Shown here piece by piece: positions 38,305-52,445 of a stretch of DNA of 64,000 nucleotides. Position 1 is the first letter of the stretch. Each line of letters starts with the position of its first letter. The stretch covers positions 57,645,909 through 57,709,908 of the forward strand of contig NC_081355.1 in the NCBI RefSeq assembly GCF_030684315.1, written 5' to 3'. The position numbers and the translations under genes were made by a program. This stretch comes from Stegostoma tigrinum (Eukaryota). The notes below the pieces were generated by a model. That model searched no databases, was not told where the DNA came from, and saw nothing but the letters and a program-made list of their open reading frames with translations.

Positions 38305-41300
38305 TTGCTCCACAGTCTGTAGTAATATGATTTGTTATGTATTAGTACACAATGTGGTTTAGCTATTAGTAGTCATCGAGGTGGTTTGTTTCAGGATGGC
38401 CGAGCGCCAAAGCGACAGCAGCAAATATAACCAGCTGATCAGTCTCTGGCCAATAGAAAACGACTCTGGTTCAAAAAATTCCCTGGAGATCCGGCGACCG
38501 AGCTAGCAAAGTTACAAACAACCAAATCTGTTCTGAACTATAACAGAGGTGATTTTAATGGAATATTAGTGACCAAAAGAGAACACTATCAGGTTACAAG
38601 ATATAGCTATGTAATCGTAATTTAGATATATTCATTCGTGGAATCATGACTGTAATATGCATTCACACAATTGATGGATCAACAATAATTAGGAGATAGA
38701 TGTTCGAGAAGGAAGGGTAATAAGAAGTAAATCAACAAATCACTAGTTTTGTAGATGTGTCTTGTAGGTAGATGCACAGAGTAAGTTAGATGGGTAAATA
38801 ATAGTTGAAATAATTTAGATTTTCTATTAGCATATTTTTCAATTTGGATATGTTTTATTACAGGCGCACAATTGCTTTTGCTAGTTTATTTACACTATTT
38901 GGGAAACATCAAACCACAGTCCCTCCACAATATTTTTCTTTGCCCATTTTAAACAAAGAACAATAGCGTCTATAAGTGCTGGGACCCACAACATCGAGTG
39001 TCCCTGAACTGTGCCTTCAGTAAATTCATACCAGCAATAAAATAAAATGGTAAGAGTACATATACAGGGATATGATTTATAGATTTAATTTTGATGTTCT
39101 TACGAAGAAAATCCCAACAGTAGACCGCAACGCAGATTCTCAGCTCTAAAAGATTTCACAGTAATTGTGTGTGGGAGTAATTGTTATTGCACCAGCGTTC
39201 TTCATTAAAGCATGCATGCATATACATGTGCATTTAATATACAAACACCACAACACTTCTAGGGAACACTTCCATTTAACCAACATTCGCCGGGTTTATT
39301 TGAACGGCCAAGCGAGCTCGAAACATAGAGAAGCTCGATTTTATTCTTGATAACCCTACGTATGGCTCACTTCCATTACAATGTTGTTTTAATTGCGTAC
39401 GATTGAAATTCACTAATACTCCCCAAATCCCAACTTCGATTTTCCATAATTGCACACTGTTAAGGTTTTATCGACCATAAAAGAGTGGAATGTTTCCTTT
39501 CGAATAATTAGGCATTTTGAACATCTCAATGGGGACATTTGTGTTTTGGAATAACAGAGCATTTGCTGCGCCCAGACCGCGGCATCAGATCGCAATGAAA
39601 GGACGGAAGCCAAAGGCTCCTTGCTAAAGATCTCATTATCTCGTTAGGTTTCCTTTCCGTCAACAGTGGTCACATCTCTTACTGAAATATCTGAGGTACT
39701 GTAAATAATAGACATACATGAGGAGGACGTGGATATATTTTAGGCAAGTAAGATATTTTAGCCCTCAAGTAAATACTGTTACTGCACCCATACTGCACCG
39801 AACTCGAAACCTAGCAATTAGTGGGCAATCATTACAAATTAAGGAGAATTCGTGAATGCGGTCGTTTAGTAGTTGGATGATTTTACATTTTCGACAGATA
39901 ACAGTTTTTTTTTGGTGTGGATGCCCCATTAGTTAATGCAAGTAGTTAAAATACCACAAGTAGATTAATTTTCAGCCCTGCAAGCTTATACCTGTTTCTC
40001 TTTCCTAATTATAGACTTGCTATTAAAAAAAAGCCAAAAGCTGGTCGAAATCAAAAGCTATATCTGTTCGAAGTGTGAGTATAAATACAGAGCAATTATG
40101 GAGGAAAATGTGCAAGATTAAGCCAGTTCGACCCCTCTTAATGAAAGGCCGACGCTTGCCGCTTTCCTCAGTTTCTGCCCTAAAGCCTCTAACCATGTAT
40201 TATATTTATGCGTTTACTTCCAATTGTATACTGAATTTTAATAAATTCGAACAGTTCTCATCAACGTTGATCTTTTCTGTTAATGGATTTGCTTTGTGTT
40301 TATTTTTGATTTTCGATTATTTGTCACAAACCAGGTCTTAGAAGTAAAGGTTTGATTAGCAAGCTCCCACAATTGCTGCATTCTTTAACATGAAGCATCT
40401 TCACACAAGTTGCGTCGTGCAAATGAACTAAATGCTGAACAGTAAAAGGTGATATTGAAAGATGAACAAAAGAGCTATGCGTAAACCACGGCTATTATTT
40501 TCCAATTAGGTGGAACAGCTAATAGCCACTGCTGCTGCATCGCGTGTTAGGAAAACTAGAGAAAACAAGGCAATATAATGAGACCATCAACACACAGAGT
40601 GGTGAAAATTGCTACTAAAGAGCCCATAGAATATATTAAATAATAACTTGAACACTATGTATCTTCTGGAGTTGAAAGCAATACCGTACAATTTAACTTT
40701 TTTCATCACTAACCTAGAATTGAATTCTATATTTTGCAATTCATACTTTTAAAAATAACATTGCAGTTTCAGAAAATAAAGCGCCGATTAAATTTCCTCC
40801 GACGGTAGGTTACAACTAATTACGAAATGGACTGGGAAAAGCTAAAATACTATCACTGCGATTTATTCTTTCCGTTGACGTATTTCTATTTCCTTCTAGA
40901 CAGCAAACCTTCTGAATGATAAGATAAAATAATAGATTCTGAATCGATGGAATCCGAAACTCAATGTATTCAATGTTAGGAGAGTTGAAGCTAGAGAACG
41001 TCAAATTAAAAAAAAATACAAGAAAGATGGAATATATTCAAATCCACCACTTGTGGACTAGTATTTTGAATGTCGTTTACAAAATAGAAATTTCTCCCCA
41101 AGTCTTATCCGGTCTTGCAGCGACCAGAACAGATACAGCCTAATTAGCAACTGCTGACGGAATGTCTCTTGGTTTACTAGGTGGAATTGGGGCCTAGTTT
41201 GGGCTTGGTGAGCATGACTAAGATTTTAAAAAAACATATGTGTATAAACATTTCTAAAAAATATTAAATACGCATTTAATCCGCTTACTCAATTCATCTG

Positions 41301-43664
41301 AAAGGAAATAACATACCATCTTTGAAATTGTGAATTGCACAGCCGTGCTTCAAGCTTTCCACCCACCTGGCGCTGATATTATTTCTTTTGCTACGCTCAC
41401 ATCTCGTTAACAGGTTGCCACAATTTGAACTATAATTATCGCAAGGAAGCAGTATAAATGTTCTAAAGACTTTGATGTAACTGTAACCCGTTCCAGAACC
41501 GTGGTTCTTCGAGAGTTTAAATGATCGAAAGTTTTTTGCTATCTTTTACATAAATAATGAAGTTGCATTCTGAAAGATTAAAAAAAACTCTGCATTGCTT
41601 TATCACAACTAAACAGGCCTATTCATTAAACTCACCATTCACTGACAACACTTTCTTGTTATGTCATCGGGTTCATTCAAATTCTTCGTTAAATTCGATT
41701 TCATATTCCTTACACAAGGAAAACAATTCCATAGAAAATCTCGAATATCACAAATATGAGTTGTAACCACGCTTTAACCATATAATTAAGGAGGCACCGT
41801 AGATTTAAATTGAGCAAGCTTACTACTTCCCAGTCTTTATCAATAACAAAGTGTATTTGTCCATTTCGATCCATGAATACGCATACCTTGACCGTTAACT
41901 TTAGTATAATTATGGCACACTTATTAATGATCATTACGGATCAAATAACTATTTGGCGCAATGCATTTCATAAGTACAAGTATTGCACTCAAAGCCTAAT
42001 ATAGTATAAGTGACACACCGCGTGATGTCTCGCATTTCCGAGAGCAAAGCCCACAGTTTCACTCATTTCTAAAGCGCAACAAATAATTTAATGCAAAAAC
42101 GCTTTAAGTGCTATTTCAGTCGAGTTCAGTGCGTGCTATTATACAAACAAACTGCTGATTACTGGGCATGTCCACCAAGCGACACATTGAACGGTTAGTT
42201 TAAGAATGCAAGTCAACTACTTCATCAGTAACACATGACTAAGTGAGACGCTGCGCAGCAACACCACAAGTTTGACCACACTCCAAACACACGGTGGCAG
42301 CAACGAGTCCAAGAGGACAGCAAACATTAATAAATATCCACACGAACACACACATCCTCAGTCAGCCGGGTCCAAGTGCCTTAGTGTCAGAAAGACAACG
42401 TCCGCGTTAAGTAAGAAAAACAACAGACAGCAAATTTGCATGCTCAGACCCGAAATAGAATATCTATGATCATTTCTCATTCTTGAGCCGCCTTCACCAC
42501 TGAAATTAACCACAAATAACTGGAGATGATGCTTCACAAATAAACACTAAGGCATACATTAGATTTCTACCAGAAAATGTTTGAACAAAATAGCAAAAGT
42601 AGACACTAAAATTTATTGCATCTTAAACGAAAACTATGCGTAGCAAGAACAGCAATTCAACAGAAATAAATCATTTAAATGAAGAACAGCCACCGTAACA
42701 GATTAATTATTTTCAAATGGAATAAATAGTTTATTTTTCAACTGCAATGAATCTACAATAGATTGTATTACAACGAACCTCACTCCCAGATTCCCCCTAC
42801 ATGACATTTAAAAACTGAACCAATGCTCGTGCGTTACTTTTGTCAAATTGACCCTAATGCAAAACACTTTGAAACGAACAGATCGGCTGTTGGCCAGAAA
42901 CAACCAGAACGTAAGACGTCAAAAACATCATCCACACTCATTTCAAAACAAATAAACTCCAAAAAAAATTGCAAATGCATAACAAACTGCCCTTAAAACG
43001 GCCAGATTACGCTCAATGAATGCTCAATAAACGCTACGTTTCGAGTTATCACAATTCAAAGGTCGTCGGCAATTTTAGCATGATGATCTTTAACTTTGGC
43101 AAAATTAAAGAGCTTTAAAGGTTGTTTTTAACAATAACTTTGCTGAAAGGGCATTTTTGAAATGCTTTTGTTTTGCAGAGCTACAACGCTGAGAATGGGC
43201 CTTACCTTGCTGCTGATTCCACCCCTTGGCCTGGCAAGTCCGGTCTCTGCACAGACCGGCTGTCGTATTTATTGAGCCCCAGTGTCAGTGTTTACAGTCC
43301 CCGTGTCTAGTTTGACAGCTGTCCGTTCAGCTCCATCCCGGGCCCCTGGTTCCCGCATTCCGCCAGCGGCGTTTGGTGACGACCTGCAGGAAACTGCCCT
43401 GCGGATCAGAGCCGGCGCTTTTTAATCCAATGCTCCACCTTCCGTGGAGAAATTCGTAGCTGCCAGACACGGGATCTGTGCTGTAAGCTTGGATGCATTG
43501 AAACTCCATAGGCGAATAATCACTGCACTCGGAGGGGGTAAAAAGAAGAAAATATGCGTTGCTGAAAGCCCGCAAGCTCTCACATCCGAACCAACACGCG
43601 CTAAGCAAAAGAATGCAGTTCTATAGTCGCAAGGGAAATTATAAAAAGTTCATGTTCACGGTTA

Positions 43665-43775
43665 CACTCCACATGACTTTCAGTGGCCAATGGAAAAACC
43701 GAACAACTCGTAAAGTTCTATTGCAAAGTTGTAAATTTTCATAAAACAACAACGGATTTATGACATTTCCCCATG
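43665..43775 (-). promoter_or_regulatory. Conserved element and probable distal promoter between HoxA6 and HoxA7 (H8/7-6 'four-cluster sequence' type)
   Basis: Minus strand GTCATAAATCCGTTGTTGTTTTATGAAAATTTACAACTTTGCAATAGAACTTTACGAGTTGTTCGG..TTCCATTGGCC, with several Hox/Cdx sites, CCAAT at 43687-43691 and CACATG at 43670-43675. A GC-rich stretch follows and ends in a strong donor at 43205. Confidence 0.75.
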
Positions 43776-46358
43776 ACTATTAGGAGGCAGGTCTTAGACG
43801 CCATTTTTAACAAAGAGTCAAGTTAAAATTGTGAAATTATTAAAGATTTTTTCCGCGGTTTAAAAAGAATTTTCTAATTTCTGAAGCTACGGTATTATGA
43901 TCATAACACTCGTTTGTAATTCGTGGTTTTTTTCACAGAAATCATTAGTTTCTGCGTTCAGACGATTATTGTAACGAATCAATTCAGGTTTACGTATCAT
44001 CGCATTTCTTCTCGTTTGCTCGTTTCTTGAATATGTTACATTTTAAAAATGGCAATGAGTTCGCTCTATTTCGTGGGGGAATGAGCTACGAGTTACAATG
44101 CCGCACTGCTTGCATTACAAATAAAGTCTGCGCCTGTCCGAATATTCCTTCCAAGCTCGGCGATGAAGTAGCGACTCGGTTCCTTCTTTATTTGAATGAC
44201 AATTTTTGTTCGTTATGAAACCAGAGACACTAGGATCACTATGTTCTCATCTTTTCCATTTTTCTTAGACTCTTCTGAAAGGGAAATGAGCTCAATCAGG
44301 CATCGGGTCCAGCTTGCTTTCTGAGAACTTTAGCCCATCATCGACCTAACCTTCGCCTTAAATCAGATGCATTACTTGCAAACACGGTCTTATTTAAAAA
44401 TATTCTTGTCAACGATAACTAAGTGAGCGTAATGTGCACAAAGGACCTTGTCATCTTCAGTTTTAATCTGTCTAAAACGTACCCACTTCGTGGACAAAAA
44501 TTATGTATTCATTTGTTTCGGTGAAAAACAGATTGGATGTCAATGAATAGGACTATAATATAAAAATATGCGTTTGTTACTCTGAAATAATTTATATTTA
44601 ATTGCTGCTGTTAATGACACTACTTCTATCTTTTAACGAATCATGGAGCCACTCATTTGGTGGTAAACTGCTCAGGCCAAGAAACGACACACTGTTTATT
44701 CAAGCAACGTTTAATATTTCTCGTTTTTGTTTGTCTACAGAGACTCCATTTAAAGTATACACGGCTGGAACGAATATATGCATTTTAAATAGATTGCACC
44801 TTAAACCTTTAACATCGGTTATTATTTAACAACACATACACATATTACAAAGCAAACTTTCCATTGACAGATACCATACCGAATATGGAACCACAATATA
44901 TCTAGTTGACGATGCTTTTCAGAATTTCTATTATTACATTTGGTTACTGTTTTTCTTTAATTTTATAATTTAGACAGTACACATGTATAAGACAACTGAC
45001 ACAACAGACTTAAAGAAAGACAATTACATCATTCAATAATACATGGCTGCTTGAAATCTTTAGCAGGTATACATTTTAATGCCATCAATCAGAGAGAAAT
45101 ATTGCAATTTTCCCCCTTTATATATAACTTGTTTTGCTTTTTTTACATTATAGTATTTAAGCACGGTACGAAACAACTCCATTCGCGTCAAATGTAAACT
45201 GGTATCTAGGTAGTTATCACTATGATGTGTTATAAAGTGGCTATATAAGCACCTCCTTAAAAAAAAGTACATCAGAATATTATTCACATTTTTGTTCTCA
45301 TATAATGGGTACTGTTTAGAGAAGTGCGCAAAGTCTAGACTCCAAGAACACTCTCTATCAAGAAACGAATATTCAATTCGAACATTTAGGTAGTTTCAAA
45401 AGACGTGCAAGATGTCCACTATTGTGGTTTAGGTAGTTACATTTCATTGCTATGTGATTTGAAAAATCTTCTTCATTTTGTTAACAGAACGGTACATCTC
45501 GGTGTAAAGCGACACACTCAGAGAGCAGTGGAGAAGTAATGTAATAAAAACAATAAAAACGAAGAATTTAATACAAATAAATTATTTTATTCGACTGGTT
45601 AGTTTTCTGTCAATTCTTGCTATGTCTGTTAAAGTGACTCAAGTACTTGGTCTTTGATTGGACTGGAATCAACCGTCTATTATCACGGTATTTTTGTTTT
45701 CTGAACAGTGAGCAGGAATACTTCAATACATGTGAAGAAGAAATATCAGAAGTAAAAAATAAGTTTGAGAAGTAGTTCAGTGCATGAGATATATTTTAAA
45801 ACACGTAGTGGTATTTGAATTTTGCATTATCTAGGTTAAAACTAAAACATTGCGTTTTATCGGCTAACGTTATCCCGTTGATTGCACTGCGGGAGGTTCA
45901 GAATCCAAATCTAATTCATTTTATTTTAATAACAGCGAAGAAGGATTTCGAATTTCTTTCGCGTTCCTTGCAATACTGAGGACAGAGATTCTCAATTAAA
46001 CTTGAGAAAACAAACATTTCAAATTTGACTGCTTCCCTGTAGCATTTGCGGACAAATGTTCTAAACCCTCCACTTTCCCTTTGTTGATGAAAACACGGAT
46101 TCTGAAGTCAATTCCTAGCTCTCTACCAATGCCAATAAAGACTTGATCTTTTAAAAAGAAATAACTGAAACCAAAATCAGTGAACCTCGAATTTTAAAGA
46201 TATGATTTTGAAAGAAGTTATTAAAACACATAGGTAGTATCATGAGTGCTAGCACACATTTCTGAAATAGTCCACGATTGTGGTTAGCTAGTCAAATGTC
46301 ATGGTTTAGCGGCTGCTGAGCAACTTTCTTCGCATAGTTCAGGATTTAGCTGAGAATT

Positions 46359-46652
<294 letters not shown>

Positions 46653-47420
46653 TCATAAATACACAATGCAAGCAGTGCGGACATTCCCCTGTATGTTGTT
46701 TTCAACATCCACTCGTCATCTCTGCTCTTACAGAACCCCTTTGAAATATTTGTGGCTGAACTAAGTATTTAGAGGATTTGCCAAGGGTCTGGTTTAAAAT
46801 GCAAAATGTCTTTTTGGCTCCGAGTGGAACCTTCTTACAGCAAAATGGTTTTTGAAAAGAAAAACAGATTTTCAGTGCAAATCACGTCGTGCTCTTGATA
46901 GTTTATTTACATCCCAGCGGTTGCCGGAGTAACATTGCACCTTGTTTAGAGGTTGGAGTATTAATATTTCAGACACAGGAATGACAGGTAGCGACAATCG
47001 TCAGCTTTTATGTGTGTGTTTTTATTTTTCAAAACGATTCGATTCTAACGCTAGCAATTGAAATGACAATTTCACTCTTGTAGTTCGAGCTCCTATCTTA
47101 TGGCACCGAAGTAATTCGTTTCAAATACGGACTTATATCTACTAAGGGGGTGGGGTGGGGGGGGGATCGCATTACAAGCACCCAAAGATCTTTCACGGAG
47201 TGGAAAACAGAGGGAAAAAAAGCTTCAGTTCTACGACCTTGCCCAATCTGTAAACATACTTTAGACCTGCAATGTATCAGTCCCCATCCATTCAAGAAAA
47301 GACGGTGTTTTTTACCCCGCGTATCAGTAAAGAACATTGCTCTCATTTGATGTTGATAAAAGTGAGTAAACAAGCAATATGTGAGTTGCTGTTAACTTTA
47401 AAGGAACGGAAGTCGAGTGC

Positions 47421-47467
47421 TTTTACGAGGATTGTACTGATTAATTGTGCAATAAAAGTTTTATGAT
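47421..47467. promoter_or_regulatory. HB1-like homeodomain site cluster in the HoxA7 intron
   Basis: TTTTACGA, TGATTAATTG, CAATAAAA and TTTTATGA occur within 47 bp. Confidence 0.6.
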
Positions 47468-47614
47468 TGCTATCTACATACAATACTACGTACATTTGAG
47501 GAACTGGTCCTCAGCTACCATTAAAACTTTTAACTACCTTCAGGATGTAGTGGCGCTCATTTTAACTGGTCATTTGCACGTTTTCTCGTCGCTATGTTAC
47601 ACTATGTCCCATAC

Positions 47615-48008
47615 CTGCATTCCTCATCCAGGGGTAAATCCGGAAATTGCTCTCTGCTTGAGGGTGCACGTTTGTTTGATCCAATTTTTCGCAACCCTGT
47701 TTGCTCAGATCGCTGCAAAGAACTGGAATGTTCTGGTCTAAGGCAGAGCAGCGCAGGTTGTAGGAATCGGAATTTAGGTTATAACCTGTGTTGTACATGG
47801 AAGGGCCGTGATAGATTGCACTGTTAACATTGTACAGGCCGGCCATCGGGGCTGGGAAGGCGCTGGCGCTCGCTCCATAGCTGGATCTTTGTGAGTTGGT
47901 AGCAAAAGCGCAAGAAGTTGCTTCTGTAAAGCCACTCGCGTTCTGGAAAACGGATGTCCCCGCCGTATATTTGGGAAAAAGAGCATTCACATAATACGAC
48001 GAACTCAT
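47615..48008 (-). CDS. hoxa7: HoxA7 coding exon 1
   Basis: MSSSYYVNALF start (ATG 48008); NFRIYPWMR; donor G|GTATGG at 47614. About 208 aa when spliced. Confidence 0.96.
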
Positions 48009-48135
48009 AATTTTGTCTGGTGATTTGTTGGCCAGGACTTCAGTGTCGGTTTTACGAGATAGCGTGATAAATGGTAGCATTACACCCCCGATTTACACCA
48101 AGCACCCATTTTCCTTCGGCCCGACTCATTTCTAT

Positions 48136-48170
48136 TCACGTGACCTGGTCATGTGATCCCTTCACCCAAT
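48136..48170. promoter_or_regulatory. HoxA7 proximal promoter: inverted pair of USF-type E-boxes plus CCAAT
   Basis: TCACGTGACC-T-GGTCATGTGA (48136-48156) is a near-perfect 21-bp inverted repeat; CCAAT at 48166-48170. Confidence 0.7.
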
Positions 48171-49442
48171 AGCATTCGGCATCACAGGTGGTAAATAGCA
48201 TGGTATTCGACTATTTTCAAAAAGATTTTGTGCTAAAATCACGCACAATCTTTTAATGTTGAAAGTATCGATAAGACTGCGTCACCTTAAAAGGTCAACG
48301 TTCTTCTGTTAATTTTTTTTCCAAGCCACTGTGCCATTTATATGTGAAAGGTTTGGGAACGCAGGTATGATTCCAACATTGTTGAGAATAAGATATGCAA
48401 TGAAACTCATACAATTTGGCCGCATATTAAAAGAAGCAGCAATCATGAATAGTAATATACTCGCCCTGGTATAACATTTAGGTGCATCCTACGCTGTTTG
48501 GTTTAAAAGAAAAGGCTGGGTGGAAGAATTGAAAATAAATGAGCAGTTGTATTTCTCTCTTTACTGCCCCCCCCCCCAAATGCTGCACCCGCCCCCCTCC
48601 AACCCCGTGCAGTGGTTTGCTGTATTACGATGCCATTAAGGCATTATACACGGTAAGAAACATTGGGGATTTACTGAATTAAGATTGAATGTACATCTAA
48701 ACTCAAGATTAGAGAATAATCCATGTGGGTAAATTGTAAGGGTTACAGATACAAGAGAAATATTGCAACATCAAAACGCAAAATGGCTGTGATGCTAGCC
48801 TCTGTTACGAACTCTCGGATTTTTGTTTTAACATTTAAGCCTGTTTTTATATTGATTTACTAAAATGGACGAGTTCACTTTGGAGATGACCACATTTCCT
48901 CTGACGGGTTTCAGTGCAACAACTATTCTGTAGAAACCTTTTAGAGTTGCTAGGTAATCTGGTTGGAACCCCGCAGGGGATTTACCCCGGGTATCGTTTC
49001 CGCCTTCTGTTTTACAACTTTTTTTTTCTCTCTCTCGTTTTCTCCCAATCTTCTCGTTAGATCACAGAACTTGACTACGTAGCTGCTGTCCTCAATGTCC
49101 GGGCACATTGTCCAGTTCCTGTGTTTAAGGTTTTCGTTCCTCTCGAGCGGAACAGTTGCTTTTATGTTCCACATTAATGGGCATATTTTGACAGGGTTAA
49201 GCGTAGAAAATCATCGCCAGCATTTACAGCAGCAAGACAGTCTAGCAAGCATGCACCTGGTGCGTTAACAGTAAAGGGTTGTTAAAATAAAAACATGTTT
49301 TTTGCATTTCCGTCTGCGATCCTTTAGGAACTGTTTGCTCTGATATTCTGAAATGTTGTTTTCTTTTGATCTCTGGAGTCTCCGCTGGCATGTCCCAATC
49401 CCTGTGCTAAACAGACTGGCTTTACGCCAGCAGAGACGCTCA

Positions 49443-52294
49443 TCAGGAGATTTTTCTCGCTACCATCGCTCCCCGCTTGTTAAAAGAGTATATTTGCTGG
49501 AAAACGACTGAACGGTCCGCATGTTTCCATATCTCCTGTGCATACCCGCAACGAAACGACGGTAGATGTCCCAGGAAGCGCTCCAGATTATGGTCTGAAT
49601 TCGAAATATTTCCTCTATTAAAATATATTTTATATTTTATGTTTTTTAATCTGGCACAAATATGGTGAGAGTTTATATATAGGATGTCTATCACTGCAGG
49701 CAACGGCGATAGCTACTTATTATCTTCTAAGTCCAGAAGGGAAAAACAGACAGATATCAGAAATCTGGGTTAAGTTCTTAAAAATGAAATATTCCTCTGT
49801 AAAAATGAAATACCGCTACGGATTGCAGTTCGACTGCAAGGAAATAAATCACCAACAATAATCGAGGATGAACAAATCAGAAGAAGGGAACAGTGAAAGA
49901 ATGTATGTTTTCACCAAACCGCTTGCCAGTAAAGTCAACATTTTCATTTGTGTGTTTCTAATCCAAACATAAGAAATGAACGCTGTTAACATTAGGATAA
50001 AGTTTGTTGCTCGACTATGCATCAAAAATATTATTATTTAATAATATGAAATAAATGTTGGAAAAAATAGTTTCTCCTTTTTTTAAAGTTGCTGTTTATT
50101 TCGACCTTTCTCATGGCCCAAAGATTTCCACGCACTGTCAGCCATCGACCATTGCAAATGCACGGCCCCTGAAATGCGTATCCCAACATCGTAATGAATA
50201 CCACAATTTTTTGTGTATTCTATTATTCCAGTAAATAAGTTTCACCACCACTGCTCGAACGTAGAAGGTTTATTGAGCAATAATCTGATTTTTTTTAACT
50301 TTGATTATCTGGGATCTGGAGACGGATTCACCATGGCATTCTATTACCAGCTCGAGCCGGAAGAAGTATGGAGACAAAAAAAAAACTCCACGGATTTTTC
50401 ACATGAATCAGTACATTATTATAGCCATAACTTCAAAGGTTACGATGTATTTTTGAAACAAAATGCAATTGACCCATATGGTTGATCAATAGCCCATGAA
50501 TCGGAGAATTCCCAACTAGTTCTGCTCATTTAGTCTGGAGGCCGAAAGAAAATAAATCATCTGGTGTATTTTGCCAATCCCACATCACTTCTTAATTTCA
50601 CACAGAGACAATTACACAATGTTTCTCCATGCCTTATGTTTTGCTCAAAATTTAAGTGGAAATGGTAGATTTCCGAATTTCTGAAAGTCCATTGTCTTCC
50701 ATATTTCTAGATACAGCTCCTTGTCTAGTCAAGTTTTTTTTCCTTTCCGCATTTGGAACAGCTTGTTATAATTTTATTTTGGTCTGCTTACGGACACGTG
50801 AAACATTAAATAGTATGTTGCATAGTAATGGATTTGTAGCTGGGAAGCCTGTGTAACAATCGACAAAAACGGCACAGTGATCACCAAGCATTCATTAGAA
50901 TTTGTAATCGAATAATAACATAGATATTCTTGACAACATGTTTTGGAATAAATAGATCTCGGATTTCGTTACACATCATTTGCTGTTGTTTTCTACCTAT
51001 TATATGGCTATAAAATTTCCGCCATTCTTTCTATGCAGAGTATTAACGGAAGTACAAGCTTGTTTGCTGTTCTGTCTGAATTCCATCGCGGTTTTGCACT
51101 GTGACGATAAGTATCCGGACTTTATAAATGCATATCGATGTTGAAAATAAAATTGAATGCATTGCACCGAAGTTTCCTTGAGAAGATTAATTAATCCGAC
51201 CGTATTGCACCGAAGTTTCCTTGAGAAGATTAATTAATCCGAGCGTCAGTAGTTTTTATGACTTTCCGCGTTATTTATTGTTATTATTCACGTGATCGTA
51301 GGGGCGTCAATGGTCGAAGAGTTTTTGACTCGAATATACTCATTTTATGGAAGTGAGGAAGCCACCTGTTTCAGTTTCCAAAGAGGCAAGCCATTTGAAA
51401 AAACGCTGGGCAATGGTAACACTTTAACGTATGTGGAAACTTCAGTGACGTTATTTAAATAAACCAGCCGCACTGACACAATACTAACAAATCCGATCAG
51501 CTTTTTCATTCAATCATGCTCAATATGAGCACAATTATACAAAATATTCCCACTGAAAAACGGGCACAATTCAGCGGATATACCGCAGTTTCACCTAACG
51601 TGAAAAATATGACGTGGGAATCTGGATAGAAAAAGAAGATCCAGTATCCACCAAATTGACTTAATTTCTTGACCGAAGTATTAAAAATTTTCTGAAAATT
51701 ATGTTACCAGCCAGTACCTCACATCCAACGAACATTTTACAACATGCTATTAGTAACGCAAAGCAGCCAGATAATAGGTATAGTTTCATAAATGATTACT
51801 AAGCGAAGCCAAGTCATAAATATACTAAAAGGTAATTATATAAAGTTGTATTTATACCTCAGGTTGCAACGTTTAACAATTGGCTCTGAGTGGGAGAATT
51901 TCAGCATTAACAAGTGTGGGTGCATTTGTGCTTAGGTACAGTGTATATGTGCAAGTTTGCTTGAGTTTGTGCGTATTTACATGTGTGTTAATGGATGTGC
52001 ATAAGTGCCCGTGTAACTAGTGTTTTATATATATAAACATCAGCTCTTTTAGGTATGATTAATGCATAATAATTAACGCCATATCAGTTTGAGCTATTCT
52101 TAACTTCCAATCTCTATCCCCTGTTGCACACAGCAGAGCAGATTGAGGAGCAAATTGGAAGATAATCAATTTAAATCGTGGTACTGTACATTAAAAATAA
52201 AACACTGAGGTACAAATGGATTTTTAAACCCTGTGTCAAATGGAATTAATACGTCGACAAATAAGTTGATGGATTCAAAATGAATATACTCCAT
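49443..52294 (-). pseudogene. Possible highly decayed HoxA8 relic (tentative)
   Basis: Start-like (52294-52270), hexapeptide-like (51735-51719) and homeobox-like (49616-49443) fragments occur in the right order and strand. Each is weak and needs indels; see findings. Confidence 0.3.
51161..51246. repeat. 43-bp direct tandem duplication (2 copies, 1 mismatch)
   Basis: ATTGCACCGAAGTTTCCTTGAGAAGATTAATTAATCCGA(C/G)CGT at 51161-51203 and 51204-51246. Confidence 0.95.
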
Positions 52295-52445
52295 CGACCT
52301 CAGTCCATTTTTACAAGTGTCATTTGGGGTAGATGTTTTCATCCTATTTACAACCCACTGCACAAATAAATTCAGGTTTATCGCAGTTAGTACATATTTT
52401 GGCAGCTTCGCGGCACCGTTTTTTAAATTCTTCTGTGGACCACCA

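Noticed and set aside
43240-43259. Hairpin CCGGTCT-N6-AGACCGG in the candidate non-coding first exon
   Set aside because: A 7-bp stem is too short for a pre-miRNA and is expected by chance.
48009-48080. In-frame N-terminal extensions shown in the ORF track for HoxA7 (also A3, A6, A9)
   Set aside because: The conserved Hox N-termini (MSSSYY, MQKATYY, MSSYFVN, MSTSG) define the starts, and most upstream starts are GTG or TTG. The A7 upstream ATG at 48080 is probably near or beyond the transcription start.
48950-49174. Short ORF containing DLTRRLGENERE, faintly like the homeodomain YLTRK..LGLTERQ
   Set aside because: It lies in low-complexity purine-rich DNA, needs an 8-codon deletion and has no WFQN trace. 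Weaker than the 49443-49616 candidate.
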